Source: Catajapyx aquilonaris (taxonomy: Eukaryota). Taken from it: a stretch of 64,000 nucleotides of DNA. Shown piece by piece: positions 54,601 through 63,406 of the stretch. The stretch covers positions 1 to 64,000 of the forward strand of contig KZ538379.1 in the NCBI GenBank assembly GCA_000934665.2. The letters run 5' to 3'. Within the stretch, counting starts at the first letter, position 1. Each line of letters begins with the position of its first letter. The notes below the pieces were generated by a model, which saw only the letters and a program-made list of their open reading frames with translations, had not been told where the DNA came from and did not search any database. The translations under genes were made by a program, and so were the position numbers.

Positions 54601-57600
54601 TCCCCTTTCCCATCCCCCCCCCCTCCTCCTCTCCCCTCCGCCCCTGTCCCGAAAACCGCAGCGTTTGAAATCAGTTGGCCCTTTTGTTCCGTGCTGCAAG
54701 AGAAAGCCCAGGAATGTAATTGATGAATACCTACCGTGTATTGCACGAGGCTGCATGAAGGGGGAGGGAGGTGGGGGAGGGATGAGGAGGGGGAGGGGGA
54801 GGAAGGTGTGCAAAGACACCGTAATAAATAAAGGCAAAATGTATATAGGGCCACGCGACGCGGTGTTGACAAGTCGCTCAATATGGTGCATTACATTAAC
54901 ATTAGTGAACAGCTTGTCAAAACTTGACAAAACTGTCCATGTAGTACCATACCGCTCACATCGATGGCGCAACATTACCACTCTCAGGGTCGTACGAGTG
55001 GTACCTAGCACCTAGCTGATGACTCACCCTGGACAATCAAAACCACAGAGTGAAGCCAATAAATTCTACTGCATATTAAGATTACAATATATTTTTTACA
55101 ATTTTACACTTTACAATTTTTAAATTAACTATAACTAGGAGTTAAAATGAAAAAATATATCAATTTAGTGTCTGTGTCAGTACTTGAAGTTACTAATATA
55201 ATAAAAAAGTGTAATATTACTAACTGTCTCAATTTACATTTGAAGTCATGAAAAGCAAGTGAGATGTGACGTCACCTTTAGAGTTTGAATGAATAGCAGC
55301 TCACTTTTTTTTTGTGGATCGTACCAACCTGCCTAATTAGATGTGGTTATTGCTCACGTTCGTAGACTAATAATTGTTCTCGAAAAAAAAAATGTAAATT
55401 TTTTTGCTGGTATTTTTTTTCTGTGACCCAGTTAAGAGAAGCATTATGCTCGCATGATGAGAAAAGTTTTGGCAATTTTGGTTCCACACAACTTCTGAGC
55501 CCCCCATGTTGATTAAAATGTCAAAAATACTCGGGTTAAAATTTTTGTTGCGTAATATGATAATGATCAACAACATTTTTTTTGCAATATCAATTGAAGG
55601 CTTACAAGTGTAAACAACAAATGGCGAAGAAATATGTGCTAAGAAAACACCTCTGAAGTTATCAATATCGGATAATTATGACGTTTGATTTAATTATTGA
55701 AATGTTAATTTCATTTAAGATTTATTTTGGACTCAGCTGCTCGTTATTAAGCAGTTATTTCATAAGTGTTAAATAGTTCTTACTACTATTAGGTTGAACT
55801 ATAGCATTTATTGAGTCCATCAGACACTGAAGCTTTGTGACCCCTGTTGACCAGATGACCTGAGGTCAATATATGGCTCTATCCATGTATCGGAGCACAG
55901 ACCCTACTCCTGCTGTATTAGTTTAGCCATTGAGCCTAATATTATCAGTTATTCTCTGTAAAATTACAACTTCAGACTTCTGATAGTTTTCTATAACCTA
56001 TAAAAGTAACAGTTTCACACCCATATTAGTTTCTGACAAACTGTTAAAATAACAGCTTCAGTTTGACATTAGTCTTAAATAACCTGCTATAAAAGTAGCA
56101 GCTTCAGACACTAGTTTTTGGTAGCCTATAAAATAATAGCTTAATTACATGATAGTTTTGATAACCAGCAAAAGAATCAGCTTTAGACTAGTATTAGTCA
56201 GTTTTATAACCTATGAAAGTAGCAGCTTCACACTTATATTAGTTGTCCATAACCTCTGTTAGTAGCAACTTCCAGTTTACAGTATATTAGTTTTGATAGC
56301 CTACAAAAGCAATAGCGTCAGGCATATTAGCTTTCGATAACCTATAAAAGTAGCATCTTCAGACTCACAATATATTTTATAGGTTATAACATGACAGCTT
56401 TTAGATCTGATAGCTAGCAAAAAAATAGCTTCATTTCGTGTTAGTTATCTGTAACCTCTATAAGTATCAACTTCAGATTTATATTAATTTGATGACCAAT
56501 AAAAGTAGCAGCTTCAGGATCATATTGGATTTTGATAACTTCTAAAACTTTCTGCTTTATACTTCCATTACTTTTTGAAAGCTAGGAAAGTAACCGTTTC
56601 AGACTTATATTAACTTATAGTTATGATAACCTCTAAAATGACAGCTTCAAATATATTACTTTTGGATAACCTGCAACGACTTCAGATTTCATATTAGCTA
56701 TAGATAGCCTGCAAAATTGACAGCTTCAAATATATTATCTTTGGATAACCTGTCATGGCTCCAGATTTCGTATTAGCTATTGATAGCATCCTTTTTATTT
56801 GGACTTATGCAACCAGCCGTAAACGACAGTAACCTGTACATTTTGACCCGGTTTTTGAACCTCTCTGGCACCAGTCGTATTTCTAGAACCGAAACAATAC
56901 CCCCCCACCCATCCACCTCCATCACATGACTTTTCAAACGGAATGTTAAGTCAGCAAGGGGTTGGGTGTGGGGGGTGTGGTGGTGCCCCCCCCCCCCCTT
57001 ACTCGTAACACAGAGGAGATTTGCAAACATTAACTCCTGATTTGTATTTTAAAGCGCTAAGTCAATATTGACATTTTGTACCCCTCTCCCTGCCTATCCC
57101 CTCCATCCCCTACACTCAACCACACAGGATTGTAGCACCCAAATAATGTAATACCAAGCTTATTTATTACTTGTGGGGGGGGGGGGAGGCTGGGGGGTAG
57201 GATTTATTCAAGCCCCACTCTTTGTACATGTACAGAGTATTAGCATGTGCGTGAAAGCAGTGTTGATAGTGGCCTATATTTTTAGAGGGGGTGGTGGGAG
57301 GACTGTACTGCACTGGAGGGAGATGTACAGTACAGTGCAGGCTGATGTTTTCTTTACGTACAGTGCCGTTGTTGATAGTCGTTACTGAGGCCTGTTTAGC
57401 CTTGTTACTAAGTCAGGTTTCCAAGGAGAAAAGGATGTAACGAGCAGGCACAAATTATTTCTCCTAATAGGCTTATTCTCTCCGTCCGACCTGATAGTAT
57501 CTATATCTCTCGCACGACCTGAGGATGACGGGAGTCTGCAGAGGGAGCGCGCCATCTATGCGTGAAGATTAGTACTACCGGTACGTGCTAAATCGGCGGG

Positions 57601-60600
57601 ACATCTCATTAAAGCCGTTGAATTGCCACTGTCATATTGATTGTAGGTTATGATACAGAATTGGCTTGAGTCTGTGCCTCTGTTTGTCCGAAGCGAGTCA
57701 TCATCTCTCAGGTAGATGCGTGTAGTACCTACCTCTCACACGACCAGTGGCAGTAGTGTGCAGAAAGCATGATGCACCATCAATGAGAGGAATATGGTGC
57801 TACCAAGTACATTGCGCCCTCAAGCCTTAATAATGTTTATATTAATAAAATAACTAAAAGAAACAGCATGCTATTTTAGTACTTCGGAGTGATAAAGAGG
57901 AGCCGTTACTTTATAAGCTAGTAGTTATAGTAAAATAACATCCAGCTTATAAAGTAACTCCTATTTATCACTCCGAAGTACTAAAATAGCATGCAAAATT
58001 ATTCCAATCTGCTATTGGGGGTAACGACAAGTATGGAAAATAACTGATGAGGTGAAGTGGGGCAAGTCCGAACAGTGGGGCAAGTCCGAACAGTAGGGCA
58101 AGTCCGAACAGTAGGGCAAGTCCGAACAGTAGGGCAAGTCCGAACAGTAGGGCAAGTCCGAACAGTAGGGCAAGTCTGAACAGTAGGGCAATTCTGAACA
58201 TGGGTCAAGCCCTAATAGCACAGATACCGTATACCAGTGAACAATTGGCCACCAGACTTCATTTAGTGTAACAATAATTACAATTATTACAATAATAAAG
58301 TTAAGTTAGGTAGGATACTTGTCCACAAGTGATTCCATAGTATTGCCAATAGGAACCATCCCGTATTATAACAACTACCACGTGAAATAACTGCCACTGA
58401 GTACTATACCTGAGCGTAATTTCAACTCATAATGAAAGTTTCCCTGACACTTGAAGCGGCCTCTAAATTTTCCTGGCCCGTCGCAGCTGTCCGGTTTAAT
58501 TCGGCTCTTTTGACACTCCCCAGAAAAACCGGTTTCCGTGTGTCACCCCCTTCCCCCACCCTTCTCCGTTAGCCCACCTTGGTCCAACACGCGTCCCCCG
58601 GATTTTGGAAACACCCCCGGATCAGAAGAGCCCAACGCACCGGCTAATAGAAACCCTCGACAGATACACCATTGAATTGCTAATGGGCCCGACCCACTCC
58701 GGGGCCCAGCAAACTTAACCGGACCAGGTCCATTTCGAGAGGGAAGCGCAAACACACGGGCCAGGAATTAATTGATAGGTGTCATAAATACAGAGGCCTC
58801 CGGATGGGGGCCCGGATTATAATCAAGCCAGAAAATCCGGGGGAACAGGAGTCCGGAACAAGGGGCGCCAGACAGCGGAGGAAATGGAAAGGTCGCGAAT
58901 TTATGGCCATTTTTAATGCAGCTGAGGGAGTGTGCTGTGATTCGTAATGATTTTGTGATTAATATATAACTTTAATTGCTGAACATTTTAAACATAATTA
59001 TAATGATAGTAGATCAAATTGAGCAAATTTTTTATTCAAACTCAGTTGTTCAGCAAGTCTGAACATGGGGTAAGTCTAGACATGGGGAAAGTCCGAACAG
59101 GGAGCATGTCCGAATACAGGACAAGCCTGAACATAGGGCAAGTCCGAACATGGGGTAAATCCGAACATGGGGTATGTCCGAACATGGGGTATGTCCGAAC
59201 ATGGGGTATGTCCGAACATGGGGTATGTCCGAACACGGGGCATGTCCGAATACAGGGCAAGCCTGAATACGGGGCAAGTTCGAACACAGGGCATGCCTGA
59301 ATTTGGGTCAGGTCTAAACATGGGGGATGTCTGAACATGGGGCATGTCTGAACGTGGGGCAGGTTCAAACTTGGGAAAAGTCCGAGCACATGGGATCCCA
59401 TCATGGGGCCAGTCCGCACAATAGGGCAAGTCTGTACACTGTCTAAAATCCAAGCTTACTGCTGCTAGTCTTTTTTTGTTGTACGGATAAAATCAGAATT
59501 TATGACCCGTATGCATAACTCTCTTTACAAGCAAAAAAATAGCATAACAGATGGACAATGCGGCCTTCTCTCTGAACCTGAAAAAATGACAAAAAAAGAG
59601 AGAGTGGTGTAACACTATCGATGCCACCAATCACGATACAATTCTCTTCTTTTTTGGGGGGAGGGCAGCTCCACCAACACAATGGAGCCAACCTGTCACT
59701 TTTTGTTGTGATGGAAACTCTTCCCCCCCCTCCCCTTTTTCAAAAAAAACGCTCTATCCCCCCCTGTTGAAGCCACAACAATGCATTAGACGCGTCATTG
59801 CCTCGAATTGGATTCATTCAGTTTGTTTAGCCGTACAATGAAAACACTGATACAAACTGGGAAAGGTTTATAGGGCTTGAATGGGGGAGAGACAGACAGG
59901 GGATTCAGCCACAGGGACAGCTGGAGAGAGAGAGAGAGGGGGGGGGGCGCTTGAACTAGACACGCCTCGGACACGGTTGGGAGCGGAGATTCACTCACAT
60001 GATGTCTCAAAAATAAAAGGCGTGATTAGATTCGCATATAGCGTATCGGTAACCTTAAACGAGTCAATTAGCGTATGGAAAACAAACAAACAAAAATACA
60101 GGGTGTTTCAACTTTTTTGTCCCAACAGTTATCGGAAAATTGCACGTAGCTGCTACTTTGTAAGCAGTGACTTGCAAACGGTGATTTTTCGGAGGAACGG
60201 TTAATATTCCCTGCGAATCGTAGGGTGAAGAGGCATGCGTGCTTCCCGCTGAAAATTGAGGGTCAAGCCTGGAAAAAAGAGGGCCTCACATGCCATGGGA
60301 TGTGTGACCCTCTTTTCCCTCCATTCCTCCGACAAATCACCGGTTGCAAGTCACAGCTTAGAAAGTAGCAGCTACGTGCAATTTTCTGATAACTGTTCGA
60401 GTGTTCGGAGCAAAAAAAAAAGTTGAAACACCCTGTGTACTGTATGGATAATAACGTATCAGTATGTAATAAGCTAATTCTGTGCGAAATATAATTAATA
60501 TATAATAGCCACATCCTATCACAAAATTCTGCGATGTACTGTACAATCGGACGCAAAAACAATGTCCGGGGAGAGTCTTCGTTCAGCCTGGTGGAGGCAA

Positions 60601-61233
60601 ACCATTGCACAGATGTGTACACACACACTTGTGTGTACGTCCATGCTTATCTGCCGAGTTTTTTCCCTCCTCCCTTAGCTACCCAGGTGCAATGGGTTGC
60701 CTCCACAAGGCTGAACGAAGAATCTCCCCGGACATTGTTTAAATGCGTCCTCATGTACATAGTATAACATGAGACATTTTCAAGACGAGTAAATTGCCGT
60801 CAGACAACAACGTGTCTGTTGGCTCGGATTGGTCCAATTACGACAATAACTGGGCCAATAATGATCAGGTTTTATAGGCTGAGGGGGGCTGTGATAGAGC
60901 CACAACAATGGTCTTTCACAGCCACCCTCAACGAAAGGTTCCCTTCACTCTGACCGTTAGAAGCGGACTGGAAAGGGTTCTGCTCGTCTGCGGCATATCT
61001 TGTTTCCCTCCCATAGATATATCGGTATTTATTAGTATAATGAAATAACGATATCTAAAGGACATTAAATTTATATGCTTGTAGGATATAAAATAAATTA
61101 TTTAAAAGACATCGTATAAATAAAATTAAATATCGTACTTGTAGGTGTAAATAACAGCTTCAGCTCAGTATTAGACTTTTTTGAAAAAAAAAGTTTTATA
61201 GAACGGCTCTGTCTGTCTGTCTGATACCTGTCC

Positions 61234-61272
<39 letters not shown>

Positions 61273-62096
61273 CAGCCGTGCTATAAGACTTTTTTCGATT
61301 TCCGGGTTCCGGGTTCACTCTATCCGCCCTTTCCCCTTGGCTGCCCCCACCACCCTGCCCCCACTCGATCCCGATCTGAAAGAGCATGAGTTGTGCGATG
61401 GGATGCATCAAGACTGTGTCCAGACCTCCGTCCCTGGGCCAGAAGAGGAACCTGTCCCTTCCGGTGTCCATGAGGTGAAGTGTCTGTCTGTCTGTCTGTC
61501 TGATACCTGTCCACAGACAGACAGACAGACAGACAGACACAGCCGTGCTATAAGACTTTTTTCGATTTCCGGGTTCCGGGTTCACTCTATCCGCCCTTTC
61601 CCCTTGACTGCCCCCACCACCCCTTTCCCCCTCCCTCCTCCTACCACCTGATACATGTTTACATACGGACGGACAGAGCCGTGCTATAAGACTTCTTTCG
61701 ATGGATGAGAAAAGGTAAAAGATGGGTTTGCTAGACTATAATATAGTCTAGCAAACTCATCTTTTAGACCTTTTCTCATATCATATTATGATAGATTTTG
61801 CTTAAGGGGCAGGGGGGGGGGTCTGTGGGTAGGAGGAGGAGGAGATAGGAGGAGGGAGGGGGAAAAGGGAAAGTCCACTTTTGGCCGAAAATGAGTTATG
61901 GATGGTTTCAATTTCAGTCCCAGTCCCTGGTTGACGGACGTTGGGGACAATAGCAGTAAGCGTGAAAAAGTCTACTCTAATCAGGCTGACGTGATTTGCC
62001 AATCTTGTATTATGTATAAATCCGAGTTTCGTTTCGAAAAATTCTAAAGTTTCATTGTTGGCAACAATGGTTCCCATGGCAATTATTGCTATAATA

Positions 62097-62170
<74 letters not shown>

Positions 62171-63406
62171 TAATAATCCGGGGTAGTGCTTGACCTCATC
62201 TGAGGTATGCAGCACGGACCTTTATTTATTACATCAAGTAGTACATTTGAGCCTTTTTACGTAGCGCCCGGGCCCACGGGCAGGATGACAGGAGGGGATG
62301 TGCAAGGTGCAGTGCAATGTCTTAATGTGTCAATTTTTAGTGAACTCCCCCGGGTGGTTTAGTCTGTGGAAATACCATCCGAGACGAAGCCAGAGGTGAC
62401 CAAATTATTGCTATAACCGAGGTTCTAAGTTATACCAGGGAGCATAATATAGCCTACTACATAAGAGGCGCAAACATTCGATTTCCGCGTCTCTCTGTTT
62501 GGGGCGTTGCCAAGGCTGGCGGCCATTTTGAAGTGTGGGGAACGCCAACGAGGTGTAAATGAGGTACAGGCACAAATAGGGTCCGCCATCTTTGATTCGC
62601 GCGTATTCTTGCCGTGTAGTTGCCATGGCCGCCAAAACCATCAAATATGGCGTACCCTATTTTTGCCTGTACCCCATTTATACCTCGTTGGCGTTCCCCA
62701 CACTTCAAAATGGCCGTCAGCCTTGGCAACGGCCCAAAACAGAGAGACGCGAACATCAAAGGCGCCGACAGAAGTTTGCGTCTCTTATGTAGTATATGCT
62801 CCCTGGTTATACTGAGCTCGGTGAAACTGGCCCTTAGTCACATTCACAGTTTTTGTCATATGATAGCTCTTGAATTGCCTGTAAGAGTTAAACAGCAATT
62901 AGGAATGTGCTGCTATTGTTGAGTAAAAACAGGCGAGTGTGTGGACACCTCCAACAATGGCAGGCGGGGCAAAACAAATTACAATTTAATTGGTATGAAC
63001 CGCGTTTACAGTAGGTGTGACAAATGACAATGAGAAAGGACAACTTGCTGGTGTAAACGTGGTGTAGGTAGATGAATAACAAAATTCAACTATAGCATGT
63101 TGGTTACCACGAGTGTACTGTTTAATTACGATGTCATTGTTTAACGAAAGGGGATAACTGTTGTGTGCACTGTTGTGTTGTCCTAACATATTGTTTTGTT
63201 CTTGACACGATTTGACATAGGTGGCGTGGATCAAGGCGGACACGAAGGCGATCCTGGCCATCCACGACCACGTGATCACCAACAATGCTCGTCTGATTGT
63301 CACCCACACCGACGCCGTCACGTGGACACTGCAGATACGCGGCGCCCTCCGTTCAGACAGAGGAGTCTACATGTGCCAGGTCAACACAGACCCCATGAAG
63401 AGCCAG
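21145..63406 (+). CDS. DIP (Dpr-interacting protein)/Lachesin-like Ig-superfamily cell adhesion gene, DIP-beta-like; 5' partial, join(21145..21196,52743..52849,63221..63406), continues past the window end
   Basis: The spliced translation is MIQLWDYLALLLSVIISALALEPKFLAPLDNVTIPQGRDVLFTCMVKDLGGHRVAWIKADTKAILAIHDHVITNNARLIVTHTDAVTWTLQIRGALRSDRGVYMCQVNTDPMKSQ. It has a signal-peptide-like N-terminus, the Ig B-strand Cys (FTC), C-strand Trp (VAW), DxGxYxC (DRGVYMC) and the CQVNTDPMKSQ motif typical of DIP Ig1 domains. Both introns are GT..AG and the phases match (1, then 0). The DIP-beta resemblance is from recall, not a search. Confidence 0.88.
24207..24519. mobile_element. MITE with CAGTAGG termini and TA flanks (Tc1/mariner/pogo-like)
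   Basis: The inverted arms are about 75 bp: CAGTAGG...GGTGGCTTGTGTCCTTGACAACCATAATTAGCCCCGCCCCCT versus AGGGGGCGGGGCTAATTATGGTTGCCAAGGACACAAGCCACC...CCTACTG. TA lies on both sides. Confidence 0.82.
24536..24680 (+). mobile_element. tRNA-derived SINE, 5' portion (same family as 910-1336)
   Basis: Shares GGATATGGTATCCGACTGCTAATCGGGAGGTCCTGGGTTCGA and CCTGACC..GTTTTCTGTGGTTT with the copy at 910, then diverges or is truncated. Confidence 0.8.
25480..25592. other. Assembly gap (N run) next to poly-G
   Basis: Run of n. Confidence 0.99.
26460..27006. mobile_element. Tc1/mariner-type MITE (outer element) interrupted by a nested MITE
   Basis: Left arm GTGTTCCAAGTATTTGGGCCACTTCTTGAT...AACCATGCGGTCCTA is inverted at TAGGACCGCATGGTTA...ATCAAGAAGTGACCCAAATACTTTGAACACCCTG. 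TA flanks. Confidence 0.8.
26576..26782. mobile_element. Nested, near-perfect palindromic Tc1/mariner-type MITE (inner element)
   Basis: Perfect TIR CAGGGTGGTCCAAGTTCAAGTGTCGTTTTATAACGGCGATTAATAG, further inverted pairing (CGATGACGTAGCAGCGAC / GTCGCTGCTACGTCATCG) and TA on both sides. Confidence 0.88.
27901..28128. mobile_element. Short TIR element flanked by AATT (superfamily uncertain; Sola1-like if AATT is the TSD)
   Basis: GGACGGTGTTATGCAA..A..GTCAACCC is inverted at GGGTTGAC..TTGCATAACACCGTCC. AATT lies on both sides, but it is palindromic, so TSD and TIR cannot be separated. Confidence 0.7.
30564..30770. repeat. (TAA)n microsatellite followed by a 40-bp tandem repeat
   Basis: (AAT)n at 30564-30603, then TAGATAAATAAGACATATATCGACATAATTATAGCTATCA about 3.5 times. 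Confidence 0.9.
33840..34330. repeat. Three diverged tandem copies of a ~185-bp unit that contains part of the dispersed repeat
   Basis: GACAAACA.AGGTGTAGACTC..GGCAATTC...CAAATGAAGCTT...GTTCATTTAAAATG recurs at about 33860, 34040 and 34228. Confidence 0.8.
36056..36476. repeat. 31-bp minisatellite
   Basis: Unit CATTTTCATTCACCTTTACGTACAAGTGAAT (variant ...CAGGCCAAT), about 13 copies. A related degenerate array (AAAATCACTCATTTT) lies at 38030-38400. Confidence 0.92.
40563..40965. mobile_element. Non-autonomous TTAA-targeting DNA transposon with AG..CT termini (Kolobok-like)
   Basis: TTAA at 40559-40562 and 40966-40969. The imperfect TIR is about 100 bp: AGAGACACTCCACTCAAAAAACAA...TTTTTCGCTACGCGGAA / TTCCGCGTAGCGAAAAA...TTGTTTTTTGAATGGAGTGTCCCT. 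The core is GC-rich. Confidence 0.8.
41569..41735. mobile_element. 167-bp hairpin MITE with 4-bp TSD (AGGT)
   Basis: CTGCCGTCAGTTGTAAGAAGACCGTAACTC...GGCGAAAGTCGCATGCA is inverted at TGCATGCGACTTTCGCC...GAGTTACGGTCTTCTTACATCTGACGGCAG. AGGT is directly repeated at 41565-41568 and 41736-41739. Confidence 0.85.
42990..43710. repeat. 27-28-bp degenerate minisatellite
   Basis: Unit GATATCGAA(A)GTAGCAGTTACTCCAGTA and variants. Confidence 0.88.
45536..45684. mobile_element. hAT-like MITE spanning an assembly gap
   Basis: Termini CAGTGGAGTAGCCAG ... CTGGCTACGTCGCTG, with an 8-bp direct repeat GTTTCAAC at 45528-45535 and 45685-45692. The interior is poly-G/poly-C. A similar right end (CTCTGGCTACATCACTG) is at about 25804-25820. 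Confidence 0.8.
45578..45629. other. Assembly gap (N run) between poly-G tracts
   Basis: Run of n. Confidence 0.99.
48511..48770. repeat. 22-bp CpG-rich tandem repeat, interrupted by the piggyBac-like MITE and resuming at about 49249-49400
   Basis: Units GTATGCGTTACGTATACGTTTC and GTATGCGTTACTTAGACGTTTC, about 11 copies. Confidence 0.9.
48775..49244. mobile_element. piggyBac-like MITE with a duplicated right end
   Basis: TTAA|CCCTTAGCTACGTAGGTGGAGCCTGAGAGGCTCC at the left. GGAGCCTCTCAGGCTCCACCTACGTAGTTAAAGG at about 49183-49217 is followed by a second end, CCACCTACGTAGTTAAGGG|TTAA. Confidence 0.85.
52743..52849 (+). CDS. Second coding exon, N-terminal half of Ig domain 1
   Basis: Acceptor CTGTTTCTCCTTGTTTCTGCAG ends at 52742. 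The exon encodes (A)LALEPKFLAPLDNVTIPQGRDVLFTCMVKDLGGHR and has donor AGG|GTGAGT at 52850. It is not in the ORF track because it has no ATG. Confidence 0.92.
52880..53660. repeat. Compound minisatellite immediately downstream of coding exon 2
   Basis: Short units TGTCATCAAACTATTAGCT(GCT)ACTACTACCGGTAGTTAC plus an ~85-bp block (ATATTTATAGCCGTTATAGAAAACATTGCTTACT...) repeated at about 52921, 53340 and 53555. It degenerates further to about 54370. Confidence 0.88.
55950..56770. repeat. Degenerate ~45-bp minisatellite
   Basis: Recurring GATAACCTATAAAAGTAGCAGCTTCAGA...ATATTAG. Confidence 0.8.
57866..57994. repeat. Inverted repeat/hairpin (probable MITE remnant)
   Basis: GCATGCTATTTTAGTACTTCGGAGTGATAAA...GTTACTTTATAAGCT is inverted at AGCTTATAAAGTAAC...TTTATCACTCCGAAGTACTAAAATAGCATGC. 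Confidence 0.8.
58058..58203. repeat. 18-bp tandem repeat
   Basis: GGGCAAGTCCGAACAGTA, about 8 copies. Confidence 0.92.
59053..59432. repeat. 17-18-bp tandem repeat related to the 58058 array
   Basis: GGGGTATGTCCGAACAT and GGGCAAGTCCGAACAT variants, about 20 copies. Confidence 0.9.
60099..60435. mobile_element. Tc1/mariner-type MITE (CAGGGTG termini), family A, longer copy
   Basis: TA-CAGGGTGTTTCAACTTTTT...AACAGTTATCGGAAAATTGCACGTAGCTGCTACTTT is inverted at AAAGTAGCAGCTACGTGCAATTTTCTGATAACTGTT...AAAAAGTTGAAACACCCTG. Confidence 0.82.
60540..60759. mobile_element. Short TIR element/MITE
   Basis: GGACGCA..AAACAATGTCCGGGGAGA..CTTCGTTCAGCCT.GTGGAGGCAA.CCATTGCAC is inverted at GTGCAATGGGTTGCCTCCACAAGGCTGAACGAAG..TCTCCCCGGACATTGTTT..TGCGTCC. 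It is bounded by TGTACA. Confidence 0.75.
61171..61779. mobile_element. (GTCT)n/(GACA)n-containing element with internal duplication and terminal hairpins; Helentron-associated (DINE-1/HINE-like) candidate
   Basis: TTAGACTTTTT..AAAAAGTTTTATAG precedes the (GTCT)n tract. The inverted motif GACAGA..GCCGTGCTATAAGACTT occurs three times, and about 145 bp are duplicated (61208-61356, 61482-61624). A 75-bp hairpin lies at 61705-61779 and a related end at about 36965-37018. The class assignment is inference. Confidence 0.55.
62098..62177. repeat. (TAA)n microsatellite
   Basis: Direct reading. It explains the poly-Tyr ORF 61802..62215. Confidence 0.95.
62435..62806. mobile_element. Fold-back MITE, second copy of the 20394 family
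   Basis: Ends are CCAGGGAGCATA...TACTACATAAGAGGCGCAAAC and GTTTGCGTCTCTTATGTAGTATATGCTCCCTGG, with long internal inverted arms. It is flanked by TTATA on both sides (62430-62434, 62807-62811). Confidence 0.88.
63221..63406 (+). CDS. Third coding exon, C-terminal part of Ig domain 1
   Basis: Acceptor TTGTTTTGTTCTTGACACGATTTGACATAG ends at 63220. The exon has 62 codons (VAWIKADTKAILAIH...DRGVYMCQVNTDPMKSQ) and donor CAG|GTCAGT at 63407. Confidence 0.95.

Noticed and set aside
54555..54810. G-quadruplex regulatory element
   Set aside because: G and C runs are ubiquitous in this window, and nothing singles this one out as functional.
59019..59453. Repetitive Cys/His/Pro ORFs (also 57968-58221 and 48543-48800)
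   Set aside because: They are translations of 17-22-bp tandem repeats that are open in several frames, with no consistent protein motif.
61802..62215. Poly-Tyr ORF
   Set aside because: It is a translation of the (TAA)n microsatellite.
52850..63220. Microexon or recursive splice site within the large introns
   Set aside because: I found no convincing polypyrimidine-AG plus strong donor pair by eye. A microexon cannot be excluded without RNA-seq.
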